A DNA stretch of 64,000 bases, from NCBI GenBank assembly GCA_029260765.1, contig JAJDCP010000113.1, positions 3,164 through 67,163 on the forward strand, read 5' to 3'. Shown here in pieces: positions 28,814 to 36,415 of the stretch (position 1 is the stretch's first letter; each line of letters opens with the position of its first letter). The position numbers were made by a program, and so were the translations under genes. The notes beneath the pieces are model-generated. The model was given only the letters and a program-made list of their open reading frames with translations, was not told where the DNA came from and did no database searches. The DNA is from Planctomycetota bacterium (lineage in GTDB: Bacteria > Planctomycetota > J058 > JAJDCP01).

Positions 28814-30232
28814 TCAGCCGCGTTCGCCGGGTGCCGCCTCCAAACGCAGCCGGTTCCGGCCGGCGCGCTTGGCTGCCAACAACTGGTCGCTGCAGCGGTC
28901 GAGCAACTGCTCGATCGGTTCGCCAGCGCGGCAGCTCACAGCGCCACCGCTGAGGGTCACCTGGACCGCGCTGCCGTCGGTGGCTTCGAAGGGTGCCGAG
29001 GCGACGGCCTGACGGATGCGTTCGAGTACCTTGGCTGCCTGTTTGGTCCCGATGCCGAGCATCACGATGCAGATCTCCTCACCGCCGTACCGCGCGACCC
29101 AGTCCAAGGTGCGCATATTGTCGCGGATGCGCTCAGCGACATCGGCCAATACACGGTCGCCGGTGGGCCATCCGTGCTGCTTGTTGACCTGCCCGAAATG
29201 GTCGAGGTCGAGCAGCGCAACCACCAAGGGCCGGTCTTCTTCTTCGGCAAGCTCTATGGCTTGCGGCAGCCGCTGATCGAGGTAGCCACGGCTGTACAGG
29301 CCCGTCAATGCATCGCGCTCCGCGCGTTGCTTCAGCTCTTCGAACAGCTTGCGTCCACGGCGGTTGATGACGTCAGCCACGCGCTCGGCCATGACCCGGG
29401 TGCGGTTCTCGAATCCCTGCATGTCGACGTCCCGGTCGTGCATACGGGCCTCCTGCTCGAGCTCGCCGTATGAGACCAGCCGGTCGCGTCCGCGTGCCTT
29501 GGCGGCGTAGAGTGCCTCATCGGCCTGGCGTAGCAGAATCTCACTTCCCTCCGCACCGCCTTGTGCGAGTCCGGCGCTGAGAGTCAATCGGTAGCCCCCG
29601 CATCCGCCCGAGCGGATGGCGGCCAACAAGCCTTCCGCGTCGCGCCGGGCGTCGGCTGGGGGGGCGTCGGTCCAGGCCGCGATCTTCTCGCCCCCCACGC
29701 GCCCCAGCTCGAAGCGCCCGGCGAGCAGGCTGGTCGCCCGTTCACCGAGGGCGGCCAACACGCGATCTCCCGCGAGATGGCCGAAGGAATCGTTGACGGC
29801 CTTGAAACGGTCGATGTCGAAGACCACCATGCAGAGCGGCACCGCAGGCCGCTGCGTGCCGCGTGCCTCGATACCCGCGTGCCAGGCGCTGCGCGTCAGC
29901 AACCCGGTCAACAGGTCTTTGTGCGGGTGGTAGCGCAACAGGCGCTGGATGCGATGGGCCAGCAAAGGCCAGGGCTCAGTGCGGAGTGCGATGGCATCGT
30001 GGTCTGGAAGTTGGGGCAGCAACTGTTGCAGCTCGCCCGGGCCACACACGATCAGCGCGGGTCCGGTGAAACTGCTCCGACGCTGCAGCCAGGCGTCTTT
30101 GGGTCCGCAGCTCGTATCGATCACGAGCAGATCGGCGGCCTGGGTTTTCCACTGCGGCATCCACAAGAGCTCGAAGCCAGGGTTCTCGCAGGAAGGCTCT
30201 TTGGGGGCGTGCCACAGAATCTGGGCTGCCAT
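28814..30232 (-). CDS. Tandem GGDEF protein: N-terminal receiver-like region, a degenerate first GGDEF (GGEKI) and an intact second GGDEF (GGEEI)
   Basis: FDIDRFKAVND...RVGGEKIA, then LDLDHFGQVNKQHGWPTGD...RYGGEEICI. GGAGGAG upstream of the ATG. Confidence 0.85.
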   Translation of the reverse strand: MAAQILWHAPKEPSCENPGFELLWMPQWKTQAADLLVIDTSCGPKDAWLQRRSSFTGPALIVCGPGELQQLLPQLPDHDAIALRTEPWPLLAHRIQRLLRYHPHKDLLTGLLTRSAWHAGIEARGTQRPAVPLCMVVFDIDRFKAVNDSFGHLAGDRVLAALGERATSLLAGRFELGRVGGEKIAAWTDAPPADARRDAEGLLAAIRSGGCGGYRLTLSAGLAQGGAEGSEILLRQADEALYAAKARGRDRLVSYGELEQEARMHDRDVDMQGFENRTRVMAERVADVINRRGRKLFEELKQRAERDALTGLYSRGYLDQRLPQAIELAEEEDRPLVVALLDLDHFGQVNKQHGWPTGDRVLADVAERIRDNMRTLDWVARYGGEEICIVMLGIGTKQAAKVLERIRQAVASAPFEATDGSAVQVTLSGGAVSCRAGEPIEQLLDRCSDQLLAAKRAGRNRLRLEAAPGERG

Positions 30233-30293
30233 CTGGCTCCTCCGCGCACGGAAAGGCTTGCCGCGAGCCTACCAGGACCCGAGCGCCGCCCGC

Positions 30294-32099
30294 TCAAGAA
30301 TCATCGAGGACCTTGCGCACAAGCGTCAACAGCTCTTCTTTGCTGAAGGGTTTGTACAGGTTCCCGCGAGCGCCCAGCAAAGAGACGATCTCAAAGTACG
30401 TCTCACGGCATGCGGCCCCCGACATCGCGATGAAGCGCGTCGAGGGGAACGTTTGTTTGATCTCGCGGAACGTCTCGATGCCTTCTTTCTCCGGCATGAC
30501 CAGATCGCAAATGACCGCGTCGCAGGCCACGGCACCCAGCATGCGTAGAGCCTCGGTGCCGTCGCCGGCTTCTACGACCAGGTAGCCGGCCTCTTCCAGA
30601 AAGCTGCGGGCCAGGGTGCGGACCTGCGCGTCGTCGTCGACTACGAGCAGGGTGACTTCGTCGTTGGGAGGCGCTCCGGCGAGCATCGAGGAGACTTTGT
30701 CGAGCAGTGCTTCGGGCAGGAAGGGTTTCTGCAAGAACTCGGGTGCTGCCTCACCAGGGCGAGCCGCCAGCGCCGGCTCGGAGAAGAACCCGCTCAAGAA
30801 CAGCACCCGCACTCCGGGGCGTTGCTCGCGCAGTTGTTTGGCCAGCCGGAAGCCGTCGTCCCCCGGCATCGAGATGTCCGTGACGAGCATGTCGACCTCG
30901 CCGCTGAAGCGGATGGAGAGCTCGATGGCTTCCCGTGCGCTGGAAGCTTCGAGGACGCGGTAGCCTCTTTGGCGCAGGGTCTCGCTCATCAACTCACGGA
31001 CCAACTCTTCATCATCGACCAGCAACAATGTGCTCGAAGGACTGTCCGCTTCGGTGCCCATCACCTGGCCGGGGCCGACTGTCGTCGTTTGGTTCTCGGG
31101 TCCCGGAAGCGTGATCCGCCAAAGGGTCCCCTCACCCGCTGCGCAGCTGACCCAGATTCCTCCTCCGTGCTGGCAGACCACCCCGTAGGCGGCTGCCAGG
31201 TCGAGGCCACGGCCGACGCCATTGTCTTTGCCCAGAGCGTACGGTTGGAAAAGGCTCTTCAGCGTTCCGGGAAGCAGCATCGATTTGGGGGCATGCAGAC
31301 GCAGCTCGACCGTATTGCTCGTCTCGGGCCCCGCTGGCTCGACGGTCAGCAGGAAGCGCGCAGCGCCGCGTAGCAGACCCGTCGCTACGGTAAGCACGTC
31401 GGCGAGAGCACGGCAGAGGGTGTCGTGGTCGCCGAAGATCCGGGCACCCTCGGGGCAGTCGAGGTGAATGCGGTGTGCGGCGTGGCTGGGAAGCAACGAA
31501 ATGCACTCGTCGAGCAGTTCTTCGAGCGCCAGGTTGGCAGGGGATAGGATGAGGTTTTGGCTGAATGCCAACAGTTGCCGGGCGAGATCGACCCCTCTTT
31601 CACCCGCCATCCGGATATGGTCGAGCTGACCGCCCAGCGCAGCATGGGGCCCCAGCCCCCGTTCGAGCAGCTCGGCGTAGCCATTGATGACGGTCAGCAG
31701 ATTGTTGAGGTCGTGGGCAACATGGCGCGCGAGGTGTGCGAGCTCGTCGGAGCCATTGGGGGGAGCGGCGTCGTTGCGGCTGAGCAACGCCAGCGCATGG
31801 CCGTCTGTGTGCAGGGGCACCAACTCGTGACGCACGACACCGAGGTCATGCTCGACGTCAACGACCAACCTGCTCTGCTGTTCCAGACAGCGCTTCAGGC
31901 CGTCGACGAGCTTCTGGTATGCGCTGTCAGACCAAACACTCTGTAGTGAGCCCTCTTCGAGCTCGGGAAGGAGCTCGAGCGCTTCGGGGCTGGGTCTCAG
32001 GTAGTGAACATGACCGTCCAGAAAGGCCAAAGTGCAATGGGGAAGGGCCAAGCCCAATGAGGCTCCTGCACCCTGAGCTGCTTGGGGAGTCTCCGGCAC
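30294..32099 (-). CDS. Hybrid sensor histidine kinase with two C-terminal receiver domains
   Basis: H-box HVAHDLNNLLTVINGY and a HATPase region (GRGLDLAAAYG). Two REC domains (LLLVDDEELV..., LLVVDDDAQV...DLVMPEKEG). I prefer the GTG at 32099 (AGGAG 6 nt upstream) over the TTG at 32168. Confidence 0.85.
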   Translation of the reverse strand: MPETPQAAQGAGASLGLALPHCTLAFLDGHVHYLRPSPEALELLPELEEGSLQSVWSDSAYQKLVDGLKRCLEQQSRLVVDVEHDLGVVRHELVPLHTDGHALALLSRNDAAPPNGSDELAHLARHVAHDLNNLLTVINGYAELLERGLGPHAALGGQLDHIRMAGERGVDLARQLLAFSQNLILSPANLALEELLDECISLLPSHAAHRIHLDCPEGARIFGDHDTLCRALADVLTVATGLLRGAARFLLTVEPAGPETSNTVELRLHAPKSMLLPGTLKSLFQPYALGKDNGVGRGLDLAAAYGVVCQHGGGIWVSCAAGEGTLWRITLPGPENQTTTVGPGQVMGTEADSPSSTLLLVDDEELVRELMSETLRQRGYRVLEASSAREAIELSIRFSGEVDMLVTDISMPGDDGFRLAKQLREQRPGVRVLFLSGFFSEPALAARPGEAAPEFLQKPFLPEALLDKVSSMLAGAPPNDEVTLLVVDDDAQVRTLARSFLEEAGYLVVEAGDGTEALRMLGAVACDAVICDLVMPEKEGIETFREIKQTFPSTRFIAMSGAACRETYFEIVSLLGARGNLYKPFSKEELLTLVRKVLDDS

Positions 32100-32219
32100 C
32101 GTGGTCTCCTGGGATGGCGCGAAGGTGCATGAAATATTCAGGCTAAGGCAGATGTTCCCTACCCGCAAGGACGCCGGCAGACTTGGTACTATTGCTGCTT
32201 TAGAGGGGCTGTGGCGGGG

Positions 32220-34502
32220 TCAAGCCCGCCAGCCACCGACCACGCGGAAGCGCCGAGGGGGCAGCTCAAAGCCCAATTGTTGCAGCACACGTCGGGCGTC
32301 GGCGCCCAGGGGGGAGCAGGCAAACAGCTGCCTTTCGGGATCGGCGAGGGCACTGGCACGCAGTCCGTCGAAGTGGCGCTGCAGGCTTTCGAAATCCAGC
32401 CGGCTCCGGCACTCCAGGTAGCGTATCACCGACTGGGCCAGCACTGCGACTGCCAACTCCGCACGGCTATCCACTTCCCCGGGAGAGCGGCCCTTCAGAT
32501 GCTCGAAGACGGTCTCGACCTGGCCAAGATGCTCGAAGATCTCGGAGCTGGCCGGACTGTGCTCGGCGTCGCAGCGGATCACCGACATACCTGCAAACCG
32601 GCGCGTAGTTGCCAAGGCCATGCGGTCGAGAATCACCGGACCCGCTGGACGGCCTTCGGAATCCTTCCGACGGGCGTCGCGGCGTAGAAATGGTCGGAGG
32701 TGGCGTTGGCGTAGCAGGCGTTCGCCAGCAAGATTGCCCTGGTCGAGGACCTTGCGGATCTCGAGCACACGCGTCTCGAGCAGGCGCAGCATTCCCGCAC
32801 GAGCATTCTGATCGCGGCGCAGGATGAACAGGCTCTCTGCTTGCCCTGGTGGCGTAGCGCGGACGCACTTGAACGAGAGTTCAGGCCGTTCGGGGTGCTC
32901 GCGGTAGCCCCCTGGACGTGCCAGCAAGCCCCGCAATGCCCGTGAGGCGATCTCGCCCTCTCGCAGCGCGAATCTGAAGCGGCTTGCGTCGAGAAGCCCC
33001 GTCTCGGGAGCCTGGCGCGCCAGCCAACGGACCTCGCGACCGCCGAAGCGCTGCACGCAGAGCGCCGCAGGGGGTGGGCCCTCGCGACCTGGCTGCAGCT
33101 GTAACACTCCATCTGCGAACTGAACTTCGACCTGTTCCTGTCCGGCCGGTCCAGTCACTTCCGAAGGCCGCGCCGTCAGGTTCTGAGGGAATAGCTCCCG
33201 CAGCAGCTGGCTGAGCTCCTTGCACAGGCTGTCAAAGCTGGCGGCCAGGAGCTGGCGAAGGCCCGAGATCTGCGGTGCTCCCAGTCCCTCGAGCTCGGGA
33301 AAGAAGACCCGGGTTCCTGCCCAGCTGACCGGTCTCTTCGGAATCAACAAGTGCACACAGACCAACGCGAACAGGCAGCGGTCCCAGCCACGCAGCTGCC
33401 CGCCCGTCCAGCGGTCGACAAGCGCCGTCAGGCCCATCTCGTTCCATGCTTGCTCGATCAGCCAGCGCATACCGAAGGCACCAGCGGCCGTCCCCGCGCT
33501 CTCGTCAGGATGGAGGGGGTGCACCTGGTGTTCGAGGCTGAGACGCAGGGGGCTTTCGGCGGGCAGGCGAGCGTCGAGAAAGCGCTCGAGCTCGCCAGCT
33601 GTCGCGTACCGCCAGGCCGAAACCCGCTCGTGGCGCGGCAGAGGGTCACGGAGCACCTCGTAGCGCAGGTATGCGAAGTGCAAGATCTTGTACGCCGCCG
33701 GAGGATGCCGTGGCAGCGCCGGGGGGGCCACGATGGCGCTGGGCCGCCTGGGGGCCGGTCCACGCACCTGCGTAACATTCCGAGCGCTTTCCGCAGCGGG
33801 CCGCGCTCCACTGCGCGGGCTCTCTTTGGCGGGAACCCAGACCTTGCGCAGAGTGGGGTCTTTCCATGTGTGCGGGTGCGGTAGCTCGTGACGCTCGATG
33901 CGGCGGGTGCGTTCGCGTTGCATGCTCGTCCGCACGTGCACCCAATAGTTGCGGTCCCGGCGCGTTTGTTTCGGGGGGATCCAGTGCGCGCTGGGTTGTC
34001 GCTGGAGCTCGTCGAGGGTCAGAGTCTCCTCACGCGCGACGGCAGCCTTGAAGGCGTTCATGTCTGCACCGCTGGAAACCGGCGCAGGCTCGGGAGGCTG
34101 CTCTTTCTGCCGTCGCTCGGAGTTCGTCGGCCAGAGGGGCGTGACCGTCGACTCGTCGTCCCGGGGGCCGAACCGGAAGCGGTTGCGCTGCAACCGCACG
34201 GTCGGACGTGGATCGCTCTTGCGTCCGGTCTCGCGTTCGAGCTTGGGGCGTGCCCAACGGCTGGGCGGGGCACCGCTCGGTGGACCTTCTTGCCCGGAGG
34301 CTGGAGACGGCGGCGGACTGTCGAGGTGGACATCACCCGCAGGCTGGGCTTCGGGCGGGAAACGTTCGAGAATGCCAGGAGCTGTCTCGGAAGGTACCGG
34401 CCAGTCGTGTGCTCGCGCGGGGCGCCGGAGTGCCCGCACAGTGGGCGTCTCGGGCTCGTCCTCGATGTACCGGCGGCCACGACCAGATCCCAGGTCTTTC
34501 AC
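32220..34502 (-). CDS. Highly divergent IS1634/IS4-family transposase-like protein with a Pro/Arg/Glu-rich N-terminal extension; possibly inactive or domesticated
   Basis: By-eye colinear similarity to the IS1634 transposase at 58515..60224 (AFGMRWLIEQAWNEMGL vs YGGLYALDALWRELGV; LFILRRDQNARAGML..LEIRKVL vs YFVCKNESQALREGL..LEEELKAL; GMSVIRCD..GQVETVFEHLK vs GKWVVTTND..MMIESCFRRMK). GC3 in this frame is 20/20 at 34141-34200 and collapses upstream of about 34480. GTG at 34502 has GGGGGA 6 nt upstream. Confidence 0.55.
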   Translation of the reverse strand: MKDLGSGRGRRYIEDEPETPTVRALRRPARAHDWPVPSETAPGILERFPPEAQPAGDVHLDSPPPSPASGQEGPPSGAPPSRWARPKLERETGRKSDPRPTVRLQRNRFRFGPRDDESTVTPLWPTNSERRQKEQPPEPAPVSSGADMNAFKAAVAREETLTLDELQRQPSAHWIPPKQTRRDRNYWVHVRTSMQRERTRRIERHELPHPHTWKDPTLRKVWVPAKESPRSGARPAAESARNVTQVRGPAPRRPSAIVAPPALPRHPPAAYKILHFAYLRYEVLRDPLPRHERVSAWRYATAGELERFLDARLPAESPLRLSLEHQVHPLHPDESAGTAAGAFGMRWLIEQAWNEMGLTALVDRWTGGQLRGWDRCLFALVCVHLLIPKRPVSWAGTRVFFPELEGLGAPQISGLRQLLAASFDSLCKELSQLLRELFPQNLTARPSEVTGPAGQEQVEVQFADGVLQLQPGREGPPPAALCVQRFGGREVRWLARQAPETGLLDASRFRFALREGEIASRALRGLLARPGGYREHPERPELSFKCVRATPPGQAESLFILRRDQNARAGMLRLLETRVLEIRKVLDQGNLAGERLLRQRHLRPFLRRDARRKDSEGRPAGPVILDRMALATTRRFAGMSVIRCDAEHSPASSEIFEHLGQVETVFEHLKGRSPGEVDSRAELAVAVLAQSVIRYLECRSRLDFESLQRHFDGLRASALADPERQLFACSPLGADARRVLQQLGFELPPRRFRVVGGWRA

Positions 34503-34820
34503 ACAACATCCCCCATTGTCTGTAATTCTACCCGTAGCACAGGCCATGCCGAAGCAGGAAGGCGGATCTTGGGAGCTCTGGCAGGCTGGGAGGCGCGCCA
34601 TTGTGAGACATGTATCGTTATGAGTCACTTCCGTCAAGGCAGTGTTCCGAGTTCCGATGACGGTCCGATGACCGGCAGGCGTCATTCCGAAGCTGGTGGG
34701 ATGCGTCTGCACTCGTTCCGCTGCGCTGGCGTCGGGTTGAACCTGCCGCCATACTGAATCTGTGTCTCGCTTGCGGTTTCTGGCTCCGGCGCTCACCGCG
34801 GGCTTCCTGAGGAGGTTCTC

Positions 34821-35438
34821 TTGCGACTTCGAACACTGCTGACTTGTGTCCTGGCGGGGCTGCTCTTTGGTTGCAGCGCTCCTTCGGGCAACGCCTATAC
34901 CGGCGTTCCCCGTCGACATCACTCCGATCAGAGACTGCAACTGGCGATCGACAGGGCCCACGCGCAACCGCGGCGCTGGCGGGTAGGCATCGATCCCGTC
35001 GACGCTCCGGGCGATGCCGTCTGGTTGGCCGAGTCCCACGGGGCGACCGCCCGCAGCCTCGGAGGCGAGCTGTCGGCGTTGTTTGATGGTTTCGTGCGTG
35101 GAACCGGCGCTTTCGTAGTGCTTCCTGATGACGGCTCTGAGCCGGGTTCCCACAATGCCGCCGGCGGTGCGGAGATGTATCTGAGCCTGCGGGTGCTCGA
35201 TCTCAAGCTCGGGGGCAGCGACCCCGCCGATCCCAATGCCTACACGCTGACCCTGGGTCTCAAGGTCCGCGATCTACGCACGGGTACTGTGGTGTTCGAC
35301 AGCGAAAGCAAAGGCTACGTGCGGCGCGGCAATCCGCTACGCTTTGCCGGCACGCTCTCCGACGATCCCGCCCTGCTGGCAGCGTCTCGCGTGCCGATGG
35401 AGCACCTGTTCATCGAGCTGATCGACAGGGTGTATTGA
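34821..35438 (+). CDS. Hypothetical lipoprotein
   Basis: TTG start with GGAGG 5 nt upstream. Lipobox LLFGC in MRLRTLLTCVLAGLLFGCSAP. More T-ending codons than neighbouring genes. Confidence 0.65.
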   Translation: MRLRTLLTCVLAGLLFGCSAPSGNAYTGVPRRHHSDQRLQLAIDRAHAQPRRWRVGIDPVDAPGDAVWLAESHGATARSLGGELSALFDGFVRGTGAFVVLPDDGSEPGSHNAAGGAEMYLSLRVLDLKLGGSDPADPNAYTLTLGLKVRDLRTGTVVFDSESKGYVRRGNPLRFAGTLSDDPALLAASRVPMEHLFIELIDRVY

Positions 35439-35653
35439 GGGCAGCCTCGCCCAGCCCGCCCACTAGCGCCGGGCCCGCCTCGGCGGCACCAGCGTACCCC
35501 CGTTGCGTCCCCGCCCACGCCTGGGACGGGTGAGCGACTGACCGGCACGCGGCGGGCATTCAACGGCAGTCCTCCATGATTCTCGACGAAGATGGTATAC
35601 TTTTCCCGGGTCGCCCAAAGCCAGAACTGTTGCGTGTGTCGGGGAGGAATCCG

Positions 35654-36403
35654 GTGAGTCTTGCCGTGGAATGCCCTCTGTGCGAGAAGAGCCTGACGCT
35701 CAAATCCAAATATGCTGGCAAACGCATCAAATGTCCTGAATGCGGGGGGCCCGTGCAGGTCCCCGACGAGGCCCCAGCGGCGGAGCAACCGCGCCGCTCA
35801 AAGAAGCTCAAAGCACCGCGTGCCGCAGGCAAGCTCGCGAGTCGGCGCAGCAAACTGCGTCCCGCATCGAAGCGTGCGCGACCGTCGGAACCCGCCGAAG
35901 ACGAACAAGCCGACGAGGACGAAGACGCGCCCAGAGCTCGCAAACGTCCTGGCACCCGTCGCCCCGCCCGGCGTCGGGCCGTGCCGCGCGCCGCCAGCGG
36001 CGGGTCGTCGTGGTTCAGCACGCGGCTGAAGATCCGGCTGGGGATCGCGGTCGTGGCGGTCATCATCGGCGGCATCGGTGCTGTCATGGAAAGCACGGGT
36101 GGTGGTGGTGGCGGCGGAGGAAGCGGCTCGGGGCGGAGCGAGATTCCTGCGTTCGACAAGAAATTCAACCAGATCGACCTTGGCACCCCGCGCGCAGAGG
36201 TGCTCAGGATCTTCGCGGTGTCTCCCTTCGGCGATTATCCCGCGGACGAGCAGGGGCCCGCTCAGCTGCAATTCCAGGCGTTCGATGCCAGCGGCGATGA
36301 AGAGCGCTCGATCGTCTACGTGATCGAATTCCAGGACGGCGGTGTGAGCGATAGATTCCGCGAGAAATGGCACGACTACGTGCAGATGATCATTCCTGAC
36401 TAG
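35654..36403 (+). CDS. Zinc-ribbon membrane protein with a basic disordered linker, one TM segment and a small C-terminal domain
   Basis: CPLCEK..x16..CPECGG. Lys/Arg-rich linker, TM IAVVAVIIGGIGAV, poly-Gly run. I prefer the GTG at 35654 (GGAGG 6 nt upstream) over the ATG at 35576, which lacks an SD. Confidence 0.6.
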   Translation: MSLAVECPLCEKSLTLKSKYAGKRIKCPECGGPVQVPDEAPAAEQPRRSKKLKAPRAAGKLASRRSKLRPASKRARPSEPAEDEQADEDEDAPRARKRPGTRRPARRRAVPRAASGGSSWFSTRLKIRLGIAVVAVIIGGIGAVMESTGGGGGGGGSGSGRSEIPAFDKKFNQIDLGTPRAEVLRIFAVSPFGDYPADEQGPAQLQFQAFDASGDEERSIVYVIEFQDGGVSDRFREKWHDYVQMIIPD

Positions 36404-36415
36404 CCCGAGGGCGGC

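Noticed and set aside
34503-35153. N-terminal 217 codons of the 977-aa ORF 32220..35153
   Set aside because: GC3 in that frame collapses upstream of about 34480 (5 of 15 G/C at 34503-34545, against 20 of 20 further in). The stretch also overlaps the + strand lipoprotein gene, which has a strong GGAGG RBS and lipobox. A GTG with an SD at 34502 gives a consistent start.
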